Of a stretch of 61,612 bases of DNA, positions 8,077 to 16,172 are shown piece by piece. Both the position numbers and the translations under genes were made by a program. Numbering within the stretch: the first letter of the stretch is position 1; every line of letters starts with the position of its first letter. Source of the DNA: Candidatus Limnocylindrales bacterium (GTDB lineage Bacteria; Chloroflexota; Limnocylindria; Limnocylindrales; CSP1-4); assembly GCA_037720745.1 (NCBI GenBank), contig JBBJNS010000001.1:1-61612 (forward strand), given 5' to 3'. The notes beneath the pieces are model-generated. The model was not told the origin of the DNA and searched no databases. It saw only the letters and a list, made by a program, of their open reading frames with translations.

Positions 8077-8082
8077 AGGATA
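8077..8082 (-). promoter_or_regulatory. -10-like TATCCT, 8 nt upstream of ATG 8068 (leaderless-type promoter)
   Basis: Forward aggata at 8077-8082. There is no Shine-Dalgarno sequence between it and the start codon. Confidence 0.4.
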
Positions 8083-8145
8083 ACCGCCGATGGGATCTTG
8101 CGGGACCGTCGGTGGAGGCTGATCAGGCGCCGCGAACGGGACGCC

Positions 8146-8313
8146 TCAGTCGCTCCGCTGGGAGGACTTCGGCTCACGCCTCAGGACACGCCTCACCGCA
8201 TGCATACCCTTGGACAGCTGCGCACGGAAGAAGATCGGCACGGCCACAAGACCGGCGATGAGCGCCTGGATGATGAGGCTGCCGGAAGCGGCATCGAGGT
8301 ATGCGAAGACCAT
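8146..8313 (-). CDS. Unlisted small membrane protein (55 aa)
   Basis: Hand translation gives MVFAYLDAASGSLIIQALIAGLVAVPIFFRAQLSKGMHAVRRVLRREPKSSQRSD*. It has one hydrophobic helix followed by a basic tail, and GC is high at third codon positions. It is below the size cutoff of the ORF track. It sits in an otherwise unexplained 336-nt gap. Confidence 0.35.
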   Translation of the reverse strand: MVFAYLDAASGSLIIQALIAGLVAVPIFFRAQLSKGMHAVRRVLRREPKSSQRSD

Positions 8314-8404
8314 CGGTATCCATCCCTTCTGGAAGTGCCGCTACCCTCTCCGGCGCGCGGCGTCCGCGCAGGATAGCAGCAGCTTCGCGCGCCATCTTCC
8401 CTTT

Positions 8405-10018
8405 TCAGGGCGATAGCGAGTCCCCGGCGGGCTCAGCATCCAACGGAGGCACATCGGGAGGCGTCGCGACCAAGTCGGTCACGTCGACGAAGTCGTAGGC
8501 GCGGTCGTTATTCGGCCACGTGAAGCTGCGGTCCGTCAATAGCGGCAGGTCTGCTCCAAAGTATCGGGAGAACAGGAGCCGGAATGTATTGACGGAAGTG
8601 ATCGATGGGTGAACGGCGTCTCCACCCACGCCAGGAAGATAGAGCGCGTTAAGGATACCGAACCGTACTTGGAGGTACTCCGCCTCGCGGCCCTCCCAAG
8701 CGATGTCCTTCCGAGCGAACGGTCCCTCGTCCCCTTGGACGATGATGATGGGCTGCTCTTCCGGGGGTCCCGCCAGGAGGTGCTCGATGGTCGCCTTGAT
8801 GCGTCCGTCCAGATAGGCCAACTGTCCGCCGTACAGTCGACTTTCCGGCTCCGAATCCTCCTCGGCCTTGGTCACAAGACGTCCATCCGCCCGAAAGACA
8901 TACGGCGAGTGGGGCAAGAGCACGTGCGCGAAGACGAACTTGGGGCCAGGGTCGTCCCGCAGCTCGGCCAGCTGACGGAACTGGAAGTCCGCGATGCGCA
9001 CATGCCGCTCGCGGAGGGTGAGTGCTTCGTCCTGGTGGCCGAGCAGACGGAGGAAGGCTGGCACGATCGTCGTGTTGCGCATCACCGCCGAGAATTCCGA
9101 CTCGGCATCGTAGGAGCGGGACTCATCCGCAAGCGGGCTGGTACGAGTCGGGTCGAACCAAGACCCGAGATGGATGTAGCGATACCCCTGCGCCTGCATG
9201 AACCGGCCGACCGCGTGGTCGCGCACCATCTGACGCGCCGGAGTCCGGTCGCCGGTATCTCGACCGTAGCGCGCCGTCAAGTCGTCCAGGTACGTCATGT
9301 TAAGCGTCGCTGCCAGCGAGAAGTCCGTGGCCCGGTAGTTGGCGTGGCTCTCTGTGGCCACTTGGAACCCCTGGTCGCTCAGCCACTCAGGAAGGTCGCT
9401 GTCGACACCGAACTGGTAGTCAAGACTCCACTCGGATCCGTAGCGATCGAAGACGAGGTAGTAGATGTCGCGCTGCTGTGAGGTGGCATCACCATCACCC
9501 TGAGTAGCATCCGGCGTGTCGCCTTGGGACGCGTCCGTCGAACGCTGTATCTCTCGCGGCACGATGGTGATCAGGACTAGGAGCACGAGGACCGATGCGA
9601 CCACATTCAGGAACGTCGTGATGCGGGGCAGCAGATGCCGGGCCTTATAGGCAAGCAGTGTTGCCAACATGATGAACGCACCCCATGCCACCAGCTGGGT
9701 ACGCAGACCCAGACCGATGGACGCCAGGAATGCCTCCGCGTGGCCATAGGCAGAGAAGGCGACGACCATGGCGGAGGTCACGATCGCGGCACGGGAGAGG
9801 CTCTTGAGGACGATGCCGAGAACGAGCAGAACGGTCGCGGCCGCCAGGACAGCTCCGACCAGAGGCTGGAGGACCTCGCTCGCCGTCAGCTCGGTGATAT
9901 TCGAGGCGTATAGGAACAGCACCGCGTAAGAAGCCAAGAGGAGTGGGTGCAGCGGCACGCGGCCAAGAAGCGAGCGATAAGTGTCGGGTGCATCGATCGA
10001 TCCGCCGCTGGTATCCAT
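8405..10018 (-). CDS. Membrane-anchored sulfatase-like (alkaline-phosphatase superfamily) phosphotransferase/hydrolase, LtaS/EptA-like architecture
   Basis: N-terminal multi-TM region followed by an extracytoplasmic domain with YYLVFDRYG, ANYRATDFSLAATL, HVLLPHSPYVF and IIVQGDEGP. The ORF track extends to 10120, but that overlaps the upstream gene. ATG 10018 (M35) is preceded by a -10-like box. Confidence 0.7.
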   Translation of the reverse strand: MDTSGGSIDAPDTYRSLLGRVPLHPLLLASYAVLFLYASNITELTASEVLQPLVGAVLAAATVLLVLGIVLKSLSRAAIVTSAMVVAFSAYGHAEAFLASIGLGLRTQLVAWGAFIMLATLLAYKARHLLPRITTFLNVVASVLVLLVLITIVPREIQRSTDASQGDTPDATQGDGDATSQQRDIYYLVFDRYGSEWSLDYQFGVDSDLPEWLSDQGFQVATESHANYRATDFSLAATLNMTYLDDLTARYGRDTGDRTPARQMVRDHAVGRFMQAQGYRYIHLGSWFDPTRTSPLADESRSYDAESEFSAVMRNTTIVPAFLRLLGHQDEALTLRERHVRIADFQFRQLAELRDDPGPKFVFAHVLLPHSPYVFRADGRLVTKAEEDSEPESRLYGGQLAYLDGRIKATIEHLLAGPPEEQPIIIVQGDEGPFARKDIAWEGREAEYLQVRFGILNALYLPGVGGDAVHPSITSVNTFRLLFSRYFGADLPLLTDRSFTWPNNDRAYDFVDVTDLVATPPDVPPLDAEPAGDSLSP

Positions 10019-10026
10019 CCTGGCGC

Positions 10027-10032
10027 AGTGTA
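10027..10032 (-). promoter_or_regulatory. -10-like TACACT, 8 nt upstream of ATG 10018
   Basis: Forward agtgta at 10027-10032, inside the 43-nt gap after the stop at 10062. Confidence 0.35.
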
Positions 10033-10061
10033 TCGAGGTCCCGAGGTCAGCCACGGCTGGA

Positions 10062-11354
10062 TCAACTGAGCGGAGCAGCGCGCCCTTCTTCACGGAAGAA
10101 GCGCCAGAGCTGCACGACACACCAGGCCGCCGCGGCCATCAGGGCGACCGCGATCAATGGCACGCCAGGCCAGTCAAGGAGTCGCTCGATCCGAAGGGGC
10201 ACGTCGATCGCCCCGGACCGCCTTCCCCGGATGAGGACATACAGCAGGGACAGGCTGAAGACGCCGCTCAAGGCGACGAACGGGCGAAGCAAGGTCGGCC
10301 GCAGAGCGACCAAGGGAGCAAGGAGTGCGATGGCGGGAAAGAGATAGCGCTCGTGGACCCTCGTGGGCAGGAAGTAGACCGCCAAGGCGATGAGGAACGC
10401 GACTCCGAAGACGCCCGCCAGGTCCCGTCGGAGGTGGAGCAAGGCCAATGCGCCGAGGACGCCTGCTGCCAGCAGCGCGAGTCCCAGGTACACCCACGGC
10501 CCATCGGAAACCTCGAATCCGAAGATCAGGCCCCATGCATTGAAGCCGTGGAGCGAGGCGAAGGACAACTGCGCTGCGCTATCTCCGACGATCGCGAGCA
10601 GCTCGGCCGGCTCAAGGCCCAGCGGGACGGTCACCGCGAGATAGGCCGCAACGCCCCCCACGATGGCGAGGGCGACCCCGGAGGCCCGCCCGCCTCCTTT
10701 GCGGCGCAGGAGGAGCATCCCCAAGATGACCGCACCTGCGATGGCGAACTGCGGCTTCACCAGTACCGCCAGCACGGACAGCATGCCCGCAGTCACGTAC
10801 CGACCCGACGCCACGGCTATCAGCGAACCGACCACGGCCGCCGTGCCGACAGCGTCGAGTTGCCCCCAGACCGCGCCAGCCAGCACGACCGCCGGATTGA
10901 ATAGGTATAGGGCTGCAGCCAAGAGGCCGCCCTGTGGGCCGGCGAGCGATCGGCCGGCCACGAACAGCATCGCCCCGGTCAGGAGGTCGAACGGGATGGA
11001 GATCGCGCGCACGGCTGCGAACAGCTCTGGACGGTCGAACATCAGGCCCAGGGGCCACAGGAGGTAGAGGACAGCGAGGTAGTTCGAGTCGCCGCCGGCT
11101 TCGTAGTACCCGCCAAGGCCCCGTGCCGCGACGCTCTCCGCCCAACGTGCGAGCGCGCTGATATCACCCTCATGCCCTTGACCGCTCATCGCGACCAGTC
11201 GAACCATGAGGGCGCCGAGCAACATCATCGCCACTCTGGCGTTGACGCCGAGGGCGGCGCCACGCCTCAGCCGCGTCAACACCCTCGATTCAGCCGCGCC
11301 ATGCTCGTTTCTCATCGGGGTGAGTCTTGGACGCGAGGGCGAGCGCGTAGGCAC
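10062..11354 (-). CDS. Polytopic GT-C-type glycosyltransferase-like membrane protein (ALG6/8-, PIG-V- or DUF2029-like)
   Basis: 430-aa ORF with more than 9 hydrophobic segments. The first loop reads GDISALARWAESV...GGYYEAGGDSNYLAVLY, and a late HERYLFP motif is present. The start is uncertain because the listed start overlaps the 3' end of the upstream GT4 gene. Alternative starts are ATG 11315 and GTG 11282. Confidence 0.6.
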   Translation of the reverse strand: MPTRSPSRPRLTPMRNEHGAAESRVLTRLRRGAALGVNARVAMMLLGALMVRLVAMSGQGHEGDISALARWAESVAARGLGGYYEAGGDSNYLAVLYLLWPLGLMFDRPELFAAVRAISIPFDLLTGAMLFVAGRSLAGPQGGLLAAALYLFNPAVVLAGAVWGQLDAVGTAAVVGSLIAVASGRYVTAGMLSVLAVLVKPQFAIAGAVILGMLLLRRKGGGRASGVALAIVGGVAAYLAVTVPLGLEPAELLAIVGDSAAQLSFASLHGFNAWGLIFGFEVSDGPWVYLGLALLAAGVLGALALLHLRRDLAGVFGVAFLIALAVYFLPTRVHERYLFPAIALLAPLVALRPTLLRPFVALSGVFSLSLLYVLIRGRRSGAIDVPLRIERLLDWPGVPLIAVALMAAAAWCVVQLWRFFREEGRAAPLS

Positions 11355-12519
11355 CGGCGTGAGTGTCCGTGCAGCGCGCTACCGAGAACCGCTCTACGGC
11401 GCGCTCCCGACCAGCAAGGCCCATCTCGGCGCGTCGCTCCGGGTCGCGCAGGATCCTCGCCGCCGCATCAGCGAACGCTTCATCATCGAGGGGCGATACC
11501 ACGTAGCCCGTGACGCCATCTTCCACCACCTCGGCCACGCCCCCGACGTCCGTGGCGACCACGGGAAGGCCGCACGACATCGCCTCCAAGATCACGGTCG
11601 GGATGCCTTCCGAGCGAGGGACCGAGGCAAGCGCCAAGAGGTCGAAGCCCTGCAGCTGGCGCTCGATGTCGGAGCGGGCTCCCAGGAAGCGCACTGCCAC
11701 CCCTTCCTCGAGGCCAAGCTCGGTCATTCGGCGTCGTAGCTCCCCGGAGTAGGCACGGTGCGTGGCGTACTCGGCGCCCACCACGACGAGGCAAGCCTCG
11801 GGGATCTCGCGGCGCAGCCGATCGAACGCCTCGATGAGCATCGCGATGCCCTTCTGCGGATTGATGTTGGCCACGGAGCCGATGACCGGCACGCCGTCCG
11901 CGATGCCCCATTGGCGGCGGACCGCGGCGCGCAGTTCCGGCTGCGGGCGAAAGGTATCCGTGTCCACGGGGGGCACGAAAGGCACGACGCGAGAGGCTAC
12001 CCGCCGCCAGCCAGGGAAGGCGGAGAGGACCTTTCGACCCGTAGGCATGACGACCGTGGCCAGCGCCCTCACCCAGAGCATGGACGCCCAAGCCACGGGC
12101 CGCGGCGCGCGCGTGTCAAGGAGCTGCCAGACCACGGGCACGCCCTCCGCTCGGGCGGCCAGCGCGGCGTGGGGATTGACCAGACCACCGATCTGGACGA
12201 GGTCGATGCCGAGTTCGCGGATGCGGTGGCGGATGGCCAGCACCTCGGGCAGGAAGCCGAGCGCGAATCGTGCCTGCACGACGGGATCGGGTCGAGCGCG
12301 GAGGCTGTGGAGCGGCATCTGCTCGACGGCGATGCCTGACCTCCTCAGGCGCTCAGGTGCGTCTCCGGGCATGTCCGGCAGAAGCACGATCGTCTCGTAT
12401 CCGCGCTCGCCGAGGGGTCCGGCCAAGCGCAACGCCTGGTTGTGTGGCCCCCCGAAGACCGCGTGATGGATCACGAAGAGGACCTTGCGGGGCGGGCCGT
12501 CCCTATACTCGCCGGCCAT
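11290..12519 (-). CDS. GT4-family (GT-B) glycosyltransferase
   Basis: Motif EGIPTVILEAMSCGLPVVATDVGGVAEVVEDGVTGYVV. The likely start is ATG 12519 (MAGEYRDGPPRKVLFVIHHAVFGG), preceded by GGAGAAGG. The track ORF extends to 12699. Confidence 0.85.
   Translation of the reverse strand: MAGEYRDGPPRKVLFVIHHAVFGGPHNQALRLAGPLGERGYETIVLLPDMPGDAPERLRRSGIAVEQMPLHSLRARPDPVVQARFALGFLPEVLAIRHRIRELGIDLVQIGGLVNPHAALAARAEGVPVVWQLLDTRAPRPVAWASMLWVRALATVVMPTGRKVLSAFPGWRRVASRVVPFVPPVDTDTFRPQPELRAAVRRQWGIADGVPVIGSVANINPQKGIAMLIEAFDRLRREIPEACLVVVGAEYATHRAYSGELRRRMTELGLEEGVAVRFLGARSDIERQLQGFDLLALASVPRSEGIPTVILEAMSCGLPVVATDVGGVAEVVEDGVTGYVVSPLDDEAFADAAARILRDPERRAEMGLAGRERAVERFSVARCTDTHAGAYALALASKTHPDEKRAWRG
12504..12509 (+). 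promoter_or_regulatory. -10-like TATACT, 8 nt upstream of ATG 12518
   Basis: Read directly. It lies inside the first codons of the divergent GT4 gene. Confidence 0.45.
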
Positions 12520-13540
12520 GACCGCCGCCTTCTCCCCATCTTCCGCCGGCACTGGACCCCGCCGTGGGCCGGAACCCGACGCGCGATCGCTGGCTGTCCC
12601 CGCCCCCAGCTTCTTCATCGTCGGTGCGCCGGGTTGCGGCACGACATTCATGCACGAGCACCTGCGAGTGCATCCGCGCATCTTCATGCCTGAGCTCAAA
12701 GAGCCCAGTTACTTCTGCACGGATCTGGACTCTGGCACGCCGGCTGACGGGCTCATCTTTACGCGGGACCTGGACGCTTACCTGGCACTCTTTCGACCGG
12801 CCAGGGACGGGCAGATCGCGGGCGAAGCCTCGCCTTTCTACCTGTACTCCACGGACGCGGCCGAACGCATCGCGGCCTTTCGCCCCGACGCCCGCATCAT
12901 CATCATGCTGCGGGACCCGGCGGACATGATCCGCTACCTCCACGCTCGCCGGTACTTCGTCGGTAGCGAGGACATCGAGCGCTTCGAGGACGCGTTGGCG
13001 GCAGAGCCGGCTCGAAAGCGCGGTGAGCGGCTTCCTCCGGACGCCTGGAACGTCAAAGGGCTCTATTACCGGGAGGTGGGCCGCTACGCCGGGCAGGTCG
13101 GACGTTACTTCGCCCTGTTCCCGTCCGAACGGATCAAGGTCATCATCTTCGAGGAGTTCAGGTCCGACCCGTCGGGAACGTACAGCGACGTTCTCCGCTT
13201 CCTGGGCGTCGAGCCCCATCAAGACCTTCCGTCGCAGCAGGTCAACCCCAGCCTGGGCGTCCGCAGCCCTCGACTCCATCGGCTCTTGCTCACGCCCATC
13301 CTGCGCAAGGGCTTCCGCCGCATCGCTTCGCTGCGATTACGCAAGGTCGCGCGATCTCTGATCGAGCGCGTCAATGCAACGCCGCAGCGACCACCCTTCG
13401 ACCCGGCCCTGCGCGTTCAGCTTCAGGCAGAGTTCCGGACCGACGTGGAACGCCTCGAAGGGCTGATCGGGCGGAACGTCGCATCGATCTGGTATGGATC
13501 CAGCAGTCACATCCAAAGACCCCTGCCACCGCCATCGTAG
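12518..13540 (+). CDS. PAPS-dependent sulfotransferase-family protein
   Basis: The 5'-PSB-like loop is FFIVGAPGCGTTFM and the 3'-PB-like motif is IIMLRDPADMIRYLHARRY. ATG 12518 is preferred over the track's TTG 12485. Confidence 0.8.
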   Translation: MTAAFSPSSAGTGPRRGPEPDARSLAVPAPSFFIVGAPGCGTTFMHEHLRVHPRIFMPELKEPSYFCTDLDSGTPADGLIFTRDLDAYLALFRPARDGQIAGEASPFYLYSTDAAERIAAFRPDARIIIMLRDPADMIRYLHARRYFVGSEDIERFEDALAAEPARKRGERLPPDAWNVKGLYYREVGRYAGQVGRYFALFPSERIKVIIFEEFRSDPSGTYSDVLRFLGVEPHQDLPSQQVNPSLGVRSPRLHRLLLTPILRKGFRRIASLRLRKVARSLIERVNATPQRPPFDPALRVQLQAEFRTDVERLEGLIGRNVASIWYGSSSHIQRPLPPPS

Positions 13541-14577
13541 AGGTTCCTCAGCCTCCGGAACTCCGTTTCACCCACGATGTCCAGCACCGTCCATCTATCC
13601 GGGCGCGTGCTGCGACCCTCACGGACCGCGCTCATGAACTCGTCCGTGGAGATGCCCAGGTCGCGAGGCAACACCGGCAGTCCCGTCACTCGGAAGAAGC
13701 GGACGATGTCGTCACACGGTTCATCTCGGAGCACGTAGGCCGCGATGGTCGCGAGGGCGACCTGTAGCCCGTGGTGCCGCGGACGATCGAGGATCGAGTC
13801 GAGGGCGTGACTGATGAGGTGCTCCGACCCGCTGGCCGGGCGCGAAGAGCCGGACATCTCCATGGCGATGCCGCTGAGGATCAATCCGCGGATGAGCCGT
13901 TCTTGAAAGCCACGCTCCGTCAAGTCGGCATCGTTCTGGATCACCGACCCAGCGGCCGCCTCCGCGGTCAGACACGCGAAATCGTCTATTGGCTCGCCGT
14001 GGACCGCATGGGCCATACGCCAATCCCGTACCGCCGAGAGATTGGAGACCAGGTCGCCCAATCCGGATCGCCACGTCTCCAGTGGAGCCGAACGGAGCTC
14101 GTCCATGTCGACCACGATGCCGATGGGGATGCGCGCGCCGAGCGATCGCGGGCGACCGTCGGCCGAATGGATGACCGCGACGGGAGAGCAGATGCCGTCA
14201 CTGGACGCCTGGGTCGGCACGCTGACGAAGTCCGCGGTCTTCTCGGCCGCGGCCATCTTGGCAACGTCCACCAAGCGGCCGCCCCCCACGCCCACCACCA
14301 CGCCGGGGCGGACCGCGTCGATCGCTTGCGTGACGGCTTGGACCGATGCATCGCTGTTGCCGGCCGCCACGAATTCCTCCACGTCGAGGCCGATCCGCCG
14401 CCCTTCACCCATGAACCGGGCGCCGTAGCCGGTCACCGATGCGGCGCCGGAGTGGACCACCAGGTAGCGCGTCGGCTGCCGCATCAGGTCTGCCAGCGAG
14501 CCCACGGCCGAGGGGACCCCCTGAACGATCCGCAGCAGGCGCGGGATACGGATGGAGCGGTGTGCTGGGCTCGTCAT
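13507..14577 (-). CDS. egsA: sn-glycerol-1-phosphate dehydrogenase (EgsA/AraM type)
   Basis: 356 aa. Signature motifs are GVGGGRLVDVAKMAA, VSVPTQASSDGICSP, GLGDLVSN and GSSRPASGSEHLISHALD. The start overlaps the stop of the upstream cytidylyltransferase (ATGA at 14574-14577). Confidence 0.8.
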   Translation of the reverse strand: MTSPAHRSIRIPRLLRIVQGVPSAVGSLADLMRQPTRYLVVHSGAASVTGYGARFMGEGRRIGLDVEEFVAAGNSDASVQAVTQAIDAVRPGVVVGVGGGRLVDVAKMAAAEKTADFVSVPTQASSDGICSPVAVIHSADGRPRSLGARIPIGIVVDMDELRSAPLETWRSGLGDLVSNLSAVRDWRMAHAVHGEPIDDFACLTAEAAAGSVIQNDADLTERGFQERLIRGLILSGIAMEMSGSSRPASGSEHLISHALDSILDRPRHHGLQVALATIAAYVLRDEPCDDIVRFFRVTGLPVLPRDLGISTDEFMSAVREGRSTRPDRWTVLDIVGETEFRRLRNLYDGGGRGLWM

Positions 14578-15350
14578 CTGCTCGACGATGTGTCGAGCGC
14601 ACGAGCCACATCGATCGCCCGCTCGTAGTCGGTGAGGTCATCGACCTCGGTCCATGCTCGTCCTGCGACCGGCACCAGGCCGATGGCCAGCTCGGACGCC
14701 GCTCGGTCGAACGCGTCCTCGTAGTAGAGGTCCGTCTGACCGTCGGCCACCAGCTGGCGGGCATGCCGTATGACGGCAGCGGCGCCCGCCGCGTCGAACC
14801 GAGCGATGCCGATGTACTCGCCCGCTGACACCTCCGGGATGAGACTCTTGCTGACCCGGCGGACAAAGCCGTCCTCGTCCACCTGCACCTTCATCTCCTC
14901 GGCGCCGAGCGGCTCATCGCCGTCGACCGTAAGCCAGCAGCCCGGCCCAGCGCTGGCCACGTCCTGCAGGATCGAGGCATCGAACACGATGTCCGAGTTG
15001 AGCAGGCAGAAGCCGTCCCGGATCTCGTCCTCGACCGTCAGGAACGAGACGATGTTGTTGGCTGTCGCGTAGTTCGGGTTGTACACGCAACGTGCGTCCC
15101 TCGTCCAGGCACCTTGTGCCACCACGGCTTCGATCATCTCTGCGCGATGTCCCGTGACGATGACGACGCGCGGAAAGCCGGCCGCTTTGACCGCCCGCAT
15201 CGCCCGTGCCAGGAATGTGGAGCCCTCCACCTCTACCAGGGCCTTGGGACGGTCGTCCGTGAGCGGCGCGAGACGCCGCCCGACACCGGCGCCGAGGATG
15301 ACCGCGATGGGCAGACCGCTGTGATGCATCAGCCGGCGATGGTAGTGCAC
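14574..15350 (-). CDS. Phospho-alcohol nucleotidyl(cytidylyl)transferase, LicC/IPCT-like
   Basis: Motifs are IAVILGAGVGRRLAPLTDDRPKALVEV, NPNYATANNIVS and WTEVDDLTDY. The likely true start is ATG 15329 (MHHSGLPIAVILGAG). Confidence 0.75.
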   Translation of the reverse strand: MHYHRRLMHHSGLPIAVILGAGVGRRLAPLTDDRPKALVEVEGSTFLARAMRAVKAAGFPRVVIVTGHRAEMIEAVVAQGAWTRDARCVYNPNYATANNIVSFLTVEDEIRDGFCLLNSDIVFDASILQDVASAGPGCWLTVDGDEPLGAEEMKVQVDEDGFVRRVSKSLIPEVSAGEYIGIARFDAAGAAAVIRHARQLVADGQTDLYYEDAFDRAASELAIGLVPVAGRAWTEVDDLTDYERAIDVARALDTSSSR

Positions 15351-15395
15351 AGGTCAGCGATCGGTCGGGGCCAGCATCATCGAACGAACGCGCGC

Positions 15396-15401
15396 TAGAG
15401 T
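15396..15401 (+). promoter_or_regulatory. -10-like TAGAGT, 6 nt upstream of GTG 15408
   Basis: Read directly in the 57-nt divergent gap. Confidence 0.45.
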
Positions 15402-15407
15402 CAGCCG

Positions 15408-16172
15408 GTGAGTGTTCCCATCGGGACCCCAGGCAAGCTCGCCGACTTCTTGGCGCGGGCTCGGGAGTTCCGTCGGCGCTACCAGGGCCCAGAGGGATTG
15501 TTCTGGATCCGTCGCGTAAACCACCCCGTGGGAGCGATGCTCGCACTTCCTCTGCTACCCACGCGGGTGACGCCCAACGCCGTGACGGTGGCTGGCCTTC
15601 TGGTGCACCTGCTAGGTGCCCTGATCGTGGCACTCGCGTCACCGCCAGCGTCGCTGCTGGTGATGCTCGCTGTGCTCATCATCTGGCAGCTCGCCTTCTC
15701 CCTCGACTGCGCTGACGGGCAGCTGGCTCGAGCGCGGGGTCAAGCCAGCGCGTTCGGGGCATGGTTCGACCAGCTCGTTGACGTGGTCTCTCACGCCGCG
15801 GTGTACACGTCACTCAGCCTCTTCCTAGTCCGGGCCCTGGACCCTGACGCCGGGACGGCGGTGGTGCTCGCTGCCACGGCCATCACGCTCAGCCTGCTCC
15901 AGACCTTCAGCACCTGGCAACGCGCGGAGCTCATCAGCCGCGAGCGGCCCGTCGGCGAACGACCTTCTCCGCAGCTCCTCCTGCTCTACGCCAGCCGGCA
16001 TCTTCTGGACTACGGATGGTTTCTCTTCGCGGCATCGGTGCTGTTGCTGTGGCCAGCCGGGCTCCTCGCCTTCCTCGTCTTCAGCGGGCTACTGCAGGGG
16101 CTTTACGTCGCAGCGCAGGTCCTTCTCTCGTGGCGTGCCGGTGATGCGAACGGCTCCCGCCCCGGCGAGTAG
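15408..16172 (+). CDS. CDP-alcohol phosphatidyltransferase-family enzyme
   Basis: 254 aa, polytopic. It has an exact D(x2)DG(x2)AR(x8)G(x3)D(x3)D motif: DCADGQLARARGQASAFGAWFDQLVD. Confidence 0.85.
   Translation: MSVPIGTPGKLADFLARAREFRRRYQGPEGLFWIRRVNHPVGAMLALPLLPTRVTPNAVTVAGLLVHLLGALIVALASPPASLLVMLAVLIIWQLAFSLDCADGQLARARGQASAFGAWFDQLVDVVSHAAVYTSLSLFLVRALDPDAGTAVVLAATAITLSLLQTFSTWQRAELISRERPVGERPSPQLLLLYASRHLLDYGWFLFAASVLLLWPAGLLAFLVFSGLLQGLYVAAQVLLSWRAGDANGSRPGE

Noticed and set aside
13507-16172. Archaeal-type ether-lipid biosynthesis cluster
   Set aside because: G1PDH and a CDP-alcohol transferase are present, but the window contains no GGGPS/PcrB, no UbiA-type DGGGPS and no CarS-like gene. 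The genomic context is glycan biosynthesis.
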